The notes: generated by a model from the sequence alone, not told the origin. Counted from the first letter of the stretch, positions 53,913 to 62,300 are shown. The stretch: 64,000 nucleotides of DNA from Candidatus Dormibacteria bacterium (GCA_050011555.1 JBEKIT010000010.1:18720-82719); one strand, 5' to 3'. A program made the numbers and translations.

Positions 53913-54608
53913 ATGGGCGACACCCCCGCCACCCAGGCCGTCGAGGCCGTGATCCTCGACATGGACGGGCTCCTCATCGACACCGAGCCGGTCTGGCGGG
54001 ATGTCGAGAGGGAGCTCTTCGGCGAGCTGGGGATCCAGCTCAGCGAGGCCGACATGCTCGCCACCATGGGCCGGCGCGCCCTCGAGATGGTCGCGCACTG
54101 GCGCCGTCAGCGTCCCTGGCCGGGGGCCGAGACCGGGGAGCCGAGCGATCAGGTCCTCGCCGAGCGGGTCATCGACCGGATGGTGGCCCACGTGAGCAGC
54201 CGTGGCGAGCCGATGCCCGGGGTGGTCCAGGCGATCGAGCTCATCCGGCGGCTGGGCCTCCGGGTGGCCATCGCCTCCTCATCGCCCCACCGGCTCATCG
54301 ACGCGGTCTGCGCCCGGCTCCGCTTGGAGTGGATCGAGGTCCGGTGCTCCGCCAGCGACGAGCAGCGGGGCAAGCCGGCCGGCGACGTCTACCTCACCGC
54401 CGCCCGCCGGCTCGGGCTGCGCCCCGCCGCGTGCCTGGCGATCGAGGACTCGCCCAACGGAGTGCTGTCAGCCCGGGCGGCCGGGATGCGCTGCGTGGCC
54501 GTCCCCGACCGGCACCTGGCGGGGGATCCGCGCTACCGGGAGGCCGACCTGGTGCTGGGTTCGCTGCGGGAGCTGGACGAAGAGGTGCTCCGCACGCTCG
54601 GAGTCTGA
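53913..54608 (+). CDS. HAD-IA hydrolase (beta-phosphoglucomutase/hexitol phosphatase-like)
   Basis: ILDMDGLLIDTE, IASSS, GKPAGDVY and EDSPNGVLSARAAGM. Confidence 0.85.
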   Translation: MGDTPATQAVEAVILDMDGLLIDTEPVWRDVERELFGELGIQLSEADMLATMGRRALEMVAHWRRQRPWPGAETGEPSDQVLAERVIDRMVAHVSSRGEPMPGVVQAIELIRRLGLRVAIASSSPHRLIDAVCARLRLEWIEVRCSASDEQRGKPAGDVYLTAARRLGLRPAACLAIEDSPNGVLSARAAGMRCVAVPDRHLAGDPRYREADLVLGSLRELDEEVLRTLGV

Positions 54609-54642
54609 TGAGGGCAACGCTCGCTTCGGAACGGAGGGGCAG

Positions 54643-54656
54643 GGGCCCGCGGGCCC
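54643..54656 (+). terminator. Perfect 14-bp palindrome GGGCCCGCGGGCCC after the HAD gene
   Basis: Located 35 nt after the stop, flanked by CGGAAC/GTTCCG arms. No U-tract. Confidence 0.3.
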
Positions 54657-54733
54657 AGGATCGAGTGACCGGTGTTCCGTCCGTCCCGATCGCACCAGCG
54701 GGCCGGAGGGTGACGAGGCGGTACCATGCGGCC

Positions 54734-54988
54734 ATGGGCCGGCGGATCAACTTCTATCTGGATGACGACCTGATCGAGGCGCTCAACCAACACACCCAGG
54801 TCTCCCCCCTTTCCCGGAGCGAGATCGTGGCGATCGCCCTGCGCCGGCTGCTCCGCGAGGAGCGGCGGCGGGTCCGGGTGGACGTCCCGGCGACCGAGAT
54901 GGCGCGCCGGATCGCGGCGGGAGAGCTGCCCTCCCAGCGCCTCGACGGTCCCAGGCTGCGCACGCTGCCCCCTCCCTGGGAGAATTGA
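54734..54988 (+). CDS. Ribbon-helix-helix (CopG/antitoxin-like) protein
   Basis: From ATG 54734. MGRRINFYLDDDLIEALNQHT...SRSEIVAIALRRLL is a typical RHH N-terminus. Confidence 0.65.
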   Translation: MGRRINFYLDDDLIEALNQHTQVSPLSRSEIVAIALRRLLREERRRVRVDVPATEMARRIAAGELPSQRLDGPRLRTLPPPWEN

Positions 54989-55052
54989 CGCGCCCGAGGT
55001 TTGGCTCCCGTCCGCCACGGGTATGAGCTGACCAGTTCCAGTCGAGAGTCCC

Positions 55053-55397
55053 GTGCCCACCTACGGATACCACTGCCCCCGCTGCCAGACCGAGTTCGAG
55101 GTCTCCCAGCGGATGACCGACGACTCCGGCGCCGACTGCCCCCACTGCGGGACACCCGGCCGCCGGCTCTTCTTCCCGGCGGGGATCGTCTTCAAGGGGA
55201 GCGGCTTCTACAAGACCGATTCGCGCCGCTCCTCCAGCGCCTCGGTCAACGGCGGCGGGCCGTCCGCGCCGAGCAAGCCAGCGGGCGAGACCGCGGCCCC
55301 GGCCGGCGAGAAGACGTCCGGGACAGAGAAGGGGTCGGCCGCGACCAAGCCGGTCGCGGGCGGGGAGGCCTCGTCCGGAGGCTCGACCAGACCCTGA
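55053..55397 (+). CDS. FmdB-family zinc-ribbon protein
   Basis: MPTYGYHCPRCQTEFEV...CPHCG...FKGSGFYKTD hallmark, with a low-complexity C-terminal tail. Confidence 0.8.
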   Translation: MPTYGYHCPRCQTEFEVSQRMTDDSGADCPHCGTPGRRLFFPAGIVFKGSGFYKTDSRRSSSASVNGGGPSAPSKPAGETAAPAGEKTSGTEKGSAATKPVAGGEASSGGSTRP

Positions 55398-55436
55398 AGG
55401 TCGCCGCCCCGAGCGGCGTTGCTAGCATGGTTCAGG

Positions 55437-55454
55437 GACGGACAGGTGTCCGTC
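55437..55454 (+). promoter_or_regulatory. Perfect inverted repeat GACGGACA-GG-TGTCCGTC in the trxA leader
   Basis: 8-bp arms, lying between a TAGCAT -10-like hexamer (55422-55427) and the AGGAGG ribosome-binding site (55461-55466). Confidence 0.5.
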
Positions 55455-55471
55455 ATCACCAGGAGGCCACG

Positions 55472-55816
55472 ATGGCGCATCCCGTCACCATCACCGATTC
55501 CAACTTCCAGTCCGAGGTTCTCGACAGCGAGATCCCGGTCCTGGTCGACTTCTGGGCGTCCTGGTGCACCCCCTGCAAGCTGGTCGCCCCCATCGTCGAG
55601 GAGTTCAGCACCGAGTACGAGGGCAGGGTCAAGGTTGGCAAGGTTGACGTCGACGCCAACCCCGCCACCCCCGGGATGTTCGGGATCATGAGCATCCCCA
55701 CCCTGATGGTCTTCCAGGGCGGCAAGGCCACCGACCGGATCGTCGGCTTTCAGCCCAAGCCGGCCCTCAAGGCGCGGCTCGACGCCCTGCTGGGCGCCGC
55801 CAAGGGCGCGGCCTGA
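55472..55816 (+). CDS. trxA: Thioredoxin
   Basis: LVDFWASWCTPCK active site (CTPC rather than CGPC), with VDVDANP and IPTLMVF. Confidence 0.9.
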   Translation: MAHPVTITDSNFQSEVLDSEIPVLVDFWASWCTPCKLVAPIVEEFSTEYEGRVKVGKVDVDANPATPGMFGIMSIPTLMVFQGGKATDRIVGFQPKPALKARLDALLGAAKGAA

Positions 55817-56011
55817 CGCCGCTGCCGATTCCGTGAGCCGACCCGGGCGGACCTCCGCGGGGCGGCTCCGGCGAGCAGGGTCCGATTGGCGGTGGGTGAC
55901 CCGGTGGCACGACACCCGAAGTGCGCGTCGCTTGCCAAGTTCGGGATCGCCGACCACACTGGATGAGAGGGACGGGACTCGGAGCAGGCCTGGGTTGGGA
56001 GGGCCGCCGCG

Positions 56012-56365
56012 ATGGTGGTGCGCGCGCGTGAGACCGCAGCTCAGATGCGTGACGTCCTCGCCTGGCGCGACGTTCGCCTGGTTGTGGCCCTCTTCTGCGC
56101 GGCCCAGCTCCTCGACGGCGTCACCACCTACGTCGCTCTGGCCTCCCACCACTTCCAGGAGGCGAACCCTCTGCTCGGCGGCCTGCTCGACAGCCACCCC
56201 CTGGCCGCACTGGCGGTCAAGGTGGTGCTGGCGGCGGTCGTGGTTACCGTGCTGCTGACCCTGCGTCTCCGCTGGCGGCTCCGCCTGGTGGTGATCTCGC
56301 TGTTCGCCGTGGTCAGCCTGGTGGCACCCCTGGAGAACCTCCTGCACCTCACCGGGGTGGTCTGA
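56012..56365 (+). CDS. Small membrane protein (DUF5658-like)
   Basis: Three to four TM helices. LLDGVTTYVALASHHFQEANPLLG resembles the DUF5658 pattern as recalled. Confidence 0.55.
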   Translation: MVVRARETAAQMRDVLAWRDVRLVVALFCAAQLLDGVTTYVALASHHFQEANPLLGGLLDSHPLAALAVKVVLAAVVVTVLLTLRLRWRLRLVVISLFAVVSLVAPLENLLHLTGVV

Positions 56366-56501
56366 GCCCAGACCGAGTCGTCTGAGCCCGGATCGGAGGG
56401 ACCGGCCCAGGCCGGGACCATCTGACCAAACCGGGGTCGCCTGAGCCGAGGACCGTGCCCATCGAAGACCGGGCCCATCCGTAATCGGCGGCTCGACGGG
56501 G

Positions 56502-57863
56502 TCAGGCGGGCTCGAGCTGGGCCAGCACCGCCCCCACCAGGGCGAGCGACCCGCAGACGAGGACCAGGCCCGCCGGGCCGGCGCGCCGCCTGGCCTCGGC
56601 CAGCGCCGCGGCCGGGGGCTCGAGGGCGTTCCCGCCGCCCAGCATCGCCGCGAGGGCGACGGCCGAGGCGGCCCGCTCGCCGCCGACGCTGGTCAGCACC
56701 ACCTCCTGGGCCATCCCCGCGACCAGCGGGAGCATCACGTCGAGCTGCTTGTCGGCCATGGCGCCGAAGAGCGCGACCACGCGGCGGTCCCCGGCCAGCT
56801 CGACGACCTCCGGTCCGAGGGCGGTCAGCGCGGCCGGGTTGTGGGCTCCGTCGAGGAGGAGCGCGGGTGCGCCCTCCACCCACTGGAGCCGTCCCGGCCA
56901 CCGCACCGTGGCGGCCCCGGCGACGATCGCCGGCTCCGGGATGCCGAGCCGGGTCGCGGCCGCCGCGGTGACGGCCAGGTTCTCGATCTGCACCCCGCCC
57001 ATCAGCGGCGACCCGCATCGAAGGCGCGGCGTCGAGGATCCGTCCCCTCGGGCATCGGCACCGCGATCGGCACCGGCACCGACATCGGCGCCGTCGACCC
57101 CGACCTCGACCTCGACCTCGACCCCTCCTCGCCCGCGGCGGGTCCCCCGCCAATCCCGCCCGGCCTCGAGAACCCTGAGGTCGGCGCCGACCGCCCGCGC
57201 CCGTTCGGCGATGATCGAGCGCGCCGGCTCGGTGGCGGCGCTCACCACCCAGTCGCCCGCCTTCACGATCCCGGCCTTCTCCGCGGCGATCGCCTCCATG
57301 GTGTCGCCGAGCCACTCCCGGTGGTCCAGGGCGATGTTGGTGATGACGCAGCCGCCGAGGTCGGCGACGTTGGTGCTGTCCAGCCGGCCACCCATGCCCA
57401 CCTCGCAGACGACGCAGTCCGCGCCGTGGCGGGCGGCGCCGAGGAAGCCCATGGCGGTGAGCATCTCGAACTGGGTGGGGTGCTCCCCCGGCGGTGCCCC
57501 GTCGGCCACGGCGAGCACCTCCCCGGCGAGGGTGGCGAAGCGGTCATCGTCCAGCGGCTCGCCGTCGAGGACGATCCGCTCCCCCCAGCGAACCAGGTGA
57601 GGCTTGGCGAGCAGGGCCGTCCGCCGCCCCGCCGCCCGCGCCATCGCCTCCAGCAGGGCGCAGACGGAGCCCTTGCCGTTGGTGCCCGCGACCAGCACGC
57701 CGCGGAGCCCTCGGTCGGGATCGCCCAGCCGTGCGAGCAGCCACCGGGTCCGCTCCAGGCCGGGCACGATGCCGAACCTGGCCGCCGCCTCCAGACGCGC
57801 CATGGTCGCGGAGAGCTGCTCCGGCTCCGGACCGCCTCCGGAGCGCGTCCCTCCGGGGCTCAC
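56502..57863 (-). CDS. folC: Folylpolyglutamate synthase / dihydrofolate synthase
   Basis: FGIVPGLERT, VAGTNGKGS and AAEKAGI. GTG 57863 overlaps the upstream stop (GTGA). Alternative starts at 57884 and 57803. Contains a low-complexity insert. Confidence 0.85.
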   Translation of the reverse strand: MSPGGTRSGGGPEPEQLSATMARLEAAARFGIVPGLERTRWLLARLGDPDRGLRGVLVAGTNGKGSVCALLEAMARAAGRRTALLAKPHLVRWGERIVLDGEPLDDDRFATLAGEVLAVADGAPPGEHPTQFEMLTAMGFLGAARHGADCVVCEVGMGGRLDSTNVADLGGCVITNIALDHREWLGDTMEAIAAEKAGIVKAGDWVVSAATEPARSIIAERARAVGADLRVLEAGRDWRGTRRGRGGVEVEVEVGVDGADVGAGADRGADARGDGSSTPRLRCGSPLMGGVQIENLAVTAAAATRLGIPEPAIVAGAATVRWPGRLQWVEGAPALLLDGAHNPAALTALGPEVVELAGDRRVVALFGAMADKQLDVMLPLVAGMAQEVVLTSVGGERAASAVALAAMLGGGNALEPPAAALAEARRRAGPAGLVLVCGSLALVGAVLAQLEPA

Positions 57864-58435
57864 GGCGCGGGCCGGGGCCTCCACGGCCAGGCCCCCGCCA
57901 TCGCCTCGTCCGCGCCGGGCCTCTCCAGGAGGTCACCGAGGAGGCGGAGCCACGCCCGCTGGCGCTGATCAGGATCGACGACAGCCTCGATGTCGCGGTT
58001 GCGGTACAGGCGTCCGGTCTGGTGGGCGAGGGTGGCCTGCAGCTCCTGGTACTCGAGAACCGCGGGCGCCTCGACGCGCGCCGGGTCAGGGCAGCCGGGT
58101 ACCCGCGCCTCGACGTGGAACACCCGGCCCCGGTCGTGGTCAAAGGTCGACACCGGCCGGAGCTCCAGGCTCTCCACCGCCGGCAGCAGGGCCGAGAGGC
58201 GCTCCAGCCAGGCCGCCTGGGCATCCGGCTCCGCATCCAGCGCGCCGTCGACGAAGAGCTCGCCGGCCAGGGCGAGGACGGCGGCCTGGAACTGCCGGTA
58301 ATAGAGGAGATCCGCCCCACTCACGGCCACCGAGCCGATCACCTCACCGGCGTCGTCCGCGAAGCTAACCATGAAGGGGCGCGCGTAGGGCTTGCGCGCC
58401 TCCTGCTCCGACCAGCGGACGCTGATCGCCGGCAT
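57860..58435 (-). CDS. Uncharacterised soluble protein (191 aa) embedded in the folate operon
   Basis: ATG 58435 shares one base with the folD stop, and its own stop overlaps the folC GTG. GC3 is high. There is no TM segment and no recognised motif. Confidence 0.65.
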   Translation of the reverse strand: MPAISVRWSEQEARKPYARPFMVSFADDAGEVIGSVAVSGADLLYYRQFQAAVLALAGELFVDGALDAEPDAQAAWLERLSALLPAVESLELRPVSTFDHDRGRVFHVEARVPGCPDPARVEAPAVLEYQELQATLAHQTGRLYRNRDIEAVVDPDQRQRAWLRLLGDLLERPGADEAMAGAWPWRPRPAP

Positions 58436-59301
58436 CAGCGGGCGGGCGCGGCGCGGTGGGCCCGCGCCAGCGCCAGGGTGTTGCGGAGCAGCATCGCGAT
58501 GGTCATCGGGCCGACCCCGCCGGGGACCGGGGTGAGCCACCCGGCGATCGGCTCGACGGACGCGCGGTCCACGTCGCCGCGGAGCTGCCCGTCCACGGGG
58601 GAGGTCCCCACGTCGATGACCGCCGCACCCGGCTTGACGTACTCGCCGGTGATCATCCCCGGGCGGCCGATGGCGGCGATCAGGATGTCGGCCTCCCGGC
58701 AGACCCCGGCCAGGTCGCGCGTCTTCGAATGGCAGACGGTGACGGTGGCGTCGGCGTTGACCAGCAGGAGCGCCACGGGGCGTCCGACGATGACGCTCCG
58801 GCCGACCACCACCGCCCGGCTCCCCGCGATGGGCACGCCGGAGCGCCGGAGCAGCTCCATGCAGCCGAGCGGCGTCCCCGGCACCACCCGGGCCGCCGCG
58901 CCGGCGGCCAGCCGGCCGAGGTTGAGGGGATGGAACCCGTCGGCGTCCTTGGCGGCCGGGACCGCCTCGAGCACGGCGGCGGAGTCGATCTGGCGGGGCA
59001 GCGGGAGCTGGACCAGCATGCCGTCGACGTCGGGGTCCTCGCTGATCCGCGCGCAGAGGTCGAGGATCTCCGACGTGGTGCTGTCGCCGCCCGGGGTGTG
59101 CAGGGTGAAGCGGATGCCGGCTCGCTCGGCGGCCCGCCCCTTGTTGCGGACGTAGGTGGCGCTGGCCGGGTCGTTCCCGCAGAGCACCACGGCGAGATGC
59201 GGCGGCGCCTCTCCCCCCTCGACCATGGCCGCGACCTCGGCCGCGATCTCGGCACGGATCGCCTTGGCGATCGCGCTCCCGTCGATGATGGTGGCGGTCA
59301 C
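58435..59301 (-). CDS. folD: Bifunctional methylenetetrahydrofolate dehydrogenase / methenyltetrahydrofolate cyclohydrolase
   Basis: IIDGSAIAK, SATYVRNK, VQLPLP, DADGFHP, VVVGRSVIVGRP and PVPGGVGPMT. GTG 59301 overlaps the folB stop. Confidence 0.9.
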   Translation of the reverse strand: MTATIIDGSAIAKAIRAEIAAEVAAMVEGGEAPPHLAVVLCGNDPASATYVRNKGRAAERAGIRFTLHTPGGDSTTSEILDLCARISEDPDVDGMLVQLPLPRQIDSAAVLEAVPAAKDADGFHPLNLGRLAAGAAARVVPGTPLGCMELLRRSGVPIAGSRAVVVGRSVIVGRPVALLLVNADATVTVCHSKTRDLAGVCREADILIAAIGRPGMITGEYVKPGAAVIDVGTSPVDGQLRGDVDRASVEPIAGWLTPVPGGVGPMTIAMLLRNTLALARAHRAAPAR

Positions 59302-59723
59302 GACCGGGTCCGCTCCACGGTGACACTGAAACGGTCGACCGCCACCGGCAGCGGTGGCCGCTTGGCCACGCGAACCAGCACCGACAGTGCCCGTGGCTCC
59401 TCGAGCAGCGTCTCGGCAAGCCGCTCCGCGACCGTCTCGACCAGATGGTAGCTGGAGTCCTCGACCACCCGCCGGCACTTCTCCACCAGACGGGCGTAGT
59501 CGATGGTGTCCTCCACCCGGTCGGTCCGCGCGGCGCCGCGGGTGTCGGTGCGCACCTCGACGTCGACATCGAGATGGACGCCGGCGCCCCGCTCGTCGGC
59601 CAGGCAGCCGTGGTGACCGAAGAAGCGCATCCCCTCCACGCGCAGGACGTCCCGGCCCGTGACCACCTCGTCAGGCCGTCCCGAGCCGCCGGTTGGTTCC
59701 GCGCGGTGAGGAGTCGGGCTCAC
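59298..59723 (-). CDS. folB: Dihydroneopterin aldolase
   Basis: LRVEGMRFFGHHGCLADER...DTIDYARL...LVETVAERLA. An N-terminal extension means the start may be further downstream. Confidence 0.8.
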   Translation of the reverse strand: MSPTPHRAEPTGGSGRPDEVVTGRDVLRVEGMRFFGHHGCLADERGAGVHLDVDVEVRTDTRGAARTDRVEDTIDYARLVEKCRRVVEDSSYHLVETVAERLAETLLEEPRALSVLVRVAKRPPLPVAVDRFSVTVERTRS

Positions 59724-59766
59724 CCGGCCGATTCTAGATGGGCTGGGTCTCCAACCATCCGGACGG

Positions 59767-60036
59767 TCAGGCGGATCGGGGCTCCTTCACCGGTTTCAGC
59801 AGGGTCTCGTGGTGATCGACGGGGTTGATCATCACCACCTGGAAGAGGTCCTCGAAGTCGCACTGGAAGAGCTGCATGAGCTGCTGGCGAAGCTTCGGGC
59901 CGGGGTTGCGGGTCCCCGCCTCCAGGGCCGGGATGTAGTTCTGGGTCACCCCCAGGCGGCGTGCCAGCTCCCGCTGGGTCAGCTTGTGACTGTCCCGCAT
60001 GGCGCGGAGCCCGGTGGCGCGTACCTCAACGTTCAT
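59767..60036 (-). CDS. XRE-family HTH transcriptional regulator
   Basis: LTQRELARRLGVTQNYIPALEAGTRNP. The gene is visibly less GC-rich than its neighbours and lies 43 nt upstream of folB on the same strand. Confidence 0.8.
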   Translation of the reverse strand: MNVEVRATGLRAMRDSHKLTQRELARRLGVTQNYIPALEAGTRNPGPKLRQQLMQLFQCDFEDLFQVVMINPVDHHETLLKPVKEPRSA

Positions 60037-60076
60037 GGTTCAACAACATAGTACCTGACAGTGGTTTCGTCAACGC

Positions 60077-60502
60077 ATGCGAGAGCGCCCCTCGGCACCG
60101 GACGGCGGCGCCCCGGATCTGCGACGATCTGACCCGATGTGCCGGGTCTGCCAGAAGCGCCCTGAAATCCCCGACGAGCGCAGCGGCCGCTGCGAGGCCT
60201 GTGTGAAGGCGGGCCGGATGGCGCTCCGCTTCCGCCTCGCTCCCGGGCCGGGCGGTGCCGGCCTCCGGGTCAAGGCGGGCGAGATCTCCCCCCGGGCCCT
60301 CCGCCAGAAGTGGCTCAGCCAGCTCCAGGCCTACGGGTCCCAGCCCCAGCCGCGACCCCACCTCGGCCTGCACGAGGCGGAGCTGGTGGTCGCCAAGGAC
60401 CACCTGGAGACGATCCGGGTCGCCGCCGACCTGGCCGGTCAGGTCCCCGCGGTGCTGGAGGCGCTGCGCCAGGCGGCCGCGCGCACCGACGCCTCCTGGT
60501 GA
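60077..60502 (+). CDS. Hypothetical CxxC...CxxC protein
   Basis: GC3 is high from MCRVCQKRP...CEAC onwards. An alternative ATG at 60137 is more likely than 60077. Divergent from the XRE gene. Confidence 0.55.
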   Translation: MRERPSAPDGGAPDLRRSDPMCRVCQKRPEIPDERSGRCEACVKAGRMALRFRLAPGPGGAGLRVKAGEISPRALRQKWLSQLQAYGSQPQPRPHLGLHEAELVVAKDHLETIRVAADLAGQVPAVLEALRQAAARTDASW

Positions 60503-60596
60503 CCGCGAGAGCACGGCGGCATCCAGGGCGTTCAGATCAAGGAGGCGAGCAGCGGAGGGAGGGAGCGCACCGACGTGCGTGACCGGCTGAGAAGCG

Positions 60597-60614
60597 GAGC
60601 TGACGCGGAGCTGG
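60597..60614. repeat. 18-nt perfect direct repeat GAGCTGACGCGGAGCTGG, copy 1 (just 3' of dacB)
   Basis: Identical to 61934-61951. The similarity extends to about 27 nt with 2 mismatches. Confidence 0.85.
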
Positions 60615-60632
60615 GCGGCCTGGACGCCACCA

Positions 60633-61958
60633 TCAGTGGGTGATCAGCCACTGCCAGCTCGGCTGGCCCAGGCCGCCGGTCGCTGAGACATCCCAGGTGG
60701 CGACGGTGACGCCGGCGATCGTGCCGGTAACGTGGCCGACCACGGTGCCGGAGGCGACCGCCGTCGGATCGAGATGGGTGACCTGGCTCGCCGAGAGCTT
60801 CAGGGTGGCACCGACCCGGACCTCGACGGAGGAGAGGCCGCTCTCGAAGCTCGCCTGCAGGCCGGTGCTGGTCCCCCACCCCGAGCGGAGCGTGCCCGGT
60901 ACCGCGGGGGGCTTGAGCGATCCCGGGTCGATGGTCGGGTAGTCCTCGAAGGCGGCCTTCACCGCGGTGCCGGCCACCGTGAGCGCGAGCCCCAGCTCGT
61001 CGTCGAGGGCGCCGCTGGGGGTGGTCTGACCGAGGACGGCGCCGACCACCCGCACGTCCGAGGTCGCGCCCAGCGGGCCGACGTGCTCGGCCGCGAAGAG
61101 CAGGCAGCCCCCGGCCTGGGGCGTCGACCCGGTCTTGATCCCCAACCAGCCCGGGACGGTGCCCAGATCGGTGTCGAGGTTGTGGATGGTGGTGCCGTCG
61201 GGCATCGTCGCGGTCGGGGTGCCCACCAGGTAGGTGAGAGCCGGGTTGGCGAGGGCAGCCTGACCCAGCTTGACCAGATCGCTGGCGGTCGAGACCGTCT
61301 GGGGACTGTAGCCGCTGGCGTCGGCGAAGCTGGTCTGGGTCATCCCCAGGGTCTTCGCCTCGCTGTTCAGCTCGGCGATGAAGGCCGGCTGTGAGCCCGC
61401 CACCCAGACCGCCAGGGTCTCGGCGATGTTGTTGGCCGAGGGGAGGAGCAGGGCGAGGAGCAGCTGACGCTCGCTGAACTGCTCGCCCACCGTCACCGGG
61501 AGGTTCGAGCCGTCACCCGCCACCACCTGGTCGTAGAAGGCGACGTCCTGCTCGGTGATCGTATAGTTGGGCCCGCTCTGCTCCAGGGCGAGAGGCTTGG
61601 CCTTGAGCACCACCAGGGCGGTCATCACCTTGGCGATGGAGCCGATCGGGACGACGGCCGTCGGCGCCAGGCTCGCGACCTGGCCGCCGTCCGAGGAGAC
61701 CAGGTCGAAGCTGCCGGTCGTGGGCAGGGGGATCGCCGGCGGCGGGCCCGGGGCGACCGCGAGGGTGGCGGCGAGCTGGAGGTGGAGGTCCGGCGGCGGG
61801 GGGGTGCTCACCAGCCTGACCGCGGCGACAGCCCCAGCCCCGACCACCACGCCGGCCATCACCGCGAAGCCGACCGCCAGCACACGCCCGCGGCGGCGGG
61901 TCGAGCGCTTGCCGGCGGGCCGGCCCGGCGGATGAGCTGACGCGGAGCTGGACGGCAT
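60633..61958 (-). CDS. D-alanyl-D-alanine carboxypeptidase (S11 penicillin-binding protein)
   Basis: N-terminal anchor, with SxxK (GSIAKVMT), SxN (PSANN) and KTG (IKTGST). Confidence 0.85.
   Translation of the reverse strand: MPSSSASAHPPGRPAGKRSTRRRGRVLAVGFAVMAGVVVGAGAVAAVRLVSTPPPPDLHLQLAATLAVAPGPPPAIPLPTTGSFDLVSSDGGQVASLAPTAVVPIGSIAKVMTALVVLKAKPLALEQSGPNYTITEQDVAFYDQVVAGDGSNLPVTVGEQFSERQLLLALLLPSANNIAETLAVWVAGSQPAFIAELNSEAKTLGMTQTSFADASGYSPQTVSTASDLVKLGQAALANPALTYLVGTPTATMPDGTTIHNLDTDLGTVPGWLGIKTGSTPQAGGCLLFAAEHVGPLGATSDVRVVGAVLGQTTPSGALDDELGLALTVAGTAVKAAFEDYPTIDPGSLKPPAVPGTLRSGWGTSTGLQASFESGLSSVEVRVGATLKLSASQVTHLDPTAVASGTVVGHVTGTIAGVTVATWDVSATGGLGQPSWQWLITH
61934..61951. repeat. 18-nt perfect direct repeat, copy 2 (codons 3-8 of dacB)
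   Basis: Identical to 60597-60614. The two copies are 1337 bp apart. Confidence 0.85.
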
Positions 61959-61973
61959 GGGGCGCCGCCGTGC

Positions 61974-62300
61974 TCAGCGCTTGGCGTGCCGGCCGTTCCC
62001 CTTGAGGGACGCCGAGAGGGTTGCGGAGGGGGAGAAGCGGACCACCTTGCGCGCCGGGACACGAACCGCCTCGCCGGTCCGGGGGTTGCGCCCCATCCGT
62101 GCCGCGCGCTGCTGGATCTTGAAGTTGCCGAAGCCGTGGATGCGCACCTCTCCGCCCTTCTGCAGGGCCCCGGTGATCGCATCGAAGAACCAGCGCACGT
62201 CGTCGCGCGCCCGTGTCATGGCGTATGTCCCGCCTTCCTCATCCTCGACCTTCGCCTTCCACATCTCGGCCAGGGAGTCGCGAGTAATCACTTCGGCCAT
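61974..62300 (-). CDS. HU/IHF-family DNA-binding protein (atypical N-terminal region)
   Basis: From ATG 62300. The core is RIHGFGNFKIQQRAARMGRNPRTGEAVRVPARKVVRFSP. Its stop lies 15 nt upstream of the dacB start. Confidence 0.8.
   Translation of the reverse strand: MAEVITRDSLAEMWKAKVEDEEGGTYAMTRARDDVRWFFDAITGALQKGGEVRIHGFGNFKIQQRAARMGRNPRTGEAVRVPARKVVRFSPSATLSASLKGNGRHAKR

Noticed and set aside
59724-59766. ZTP (pfl) or THF riboswitch in front of the folate operon
   Set aside because: Only 43 nt separate the XRE stop from the folB start, which is too short for either aptamer. No GGGUCGUGAC or CCGCCUGGGCA-like elements are seen.
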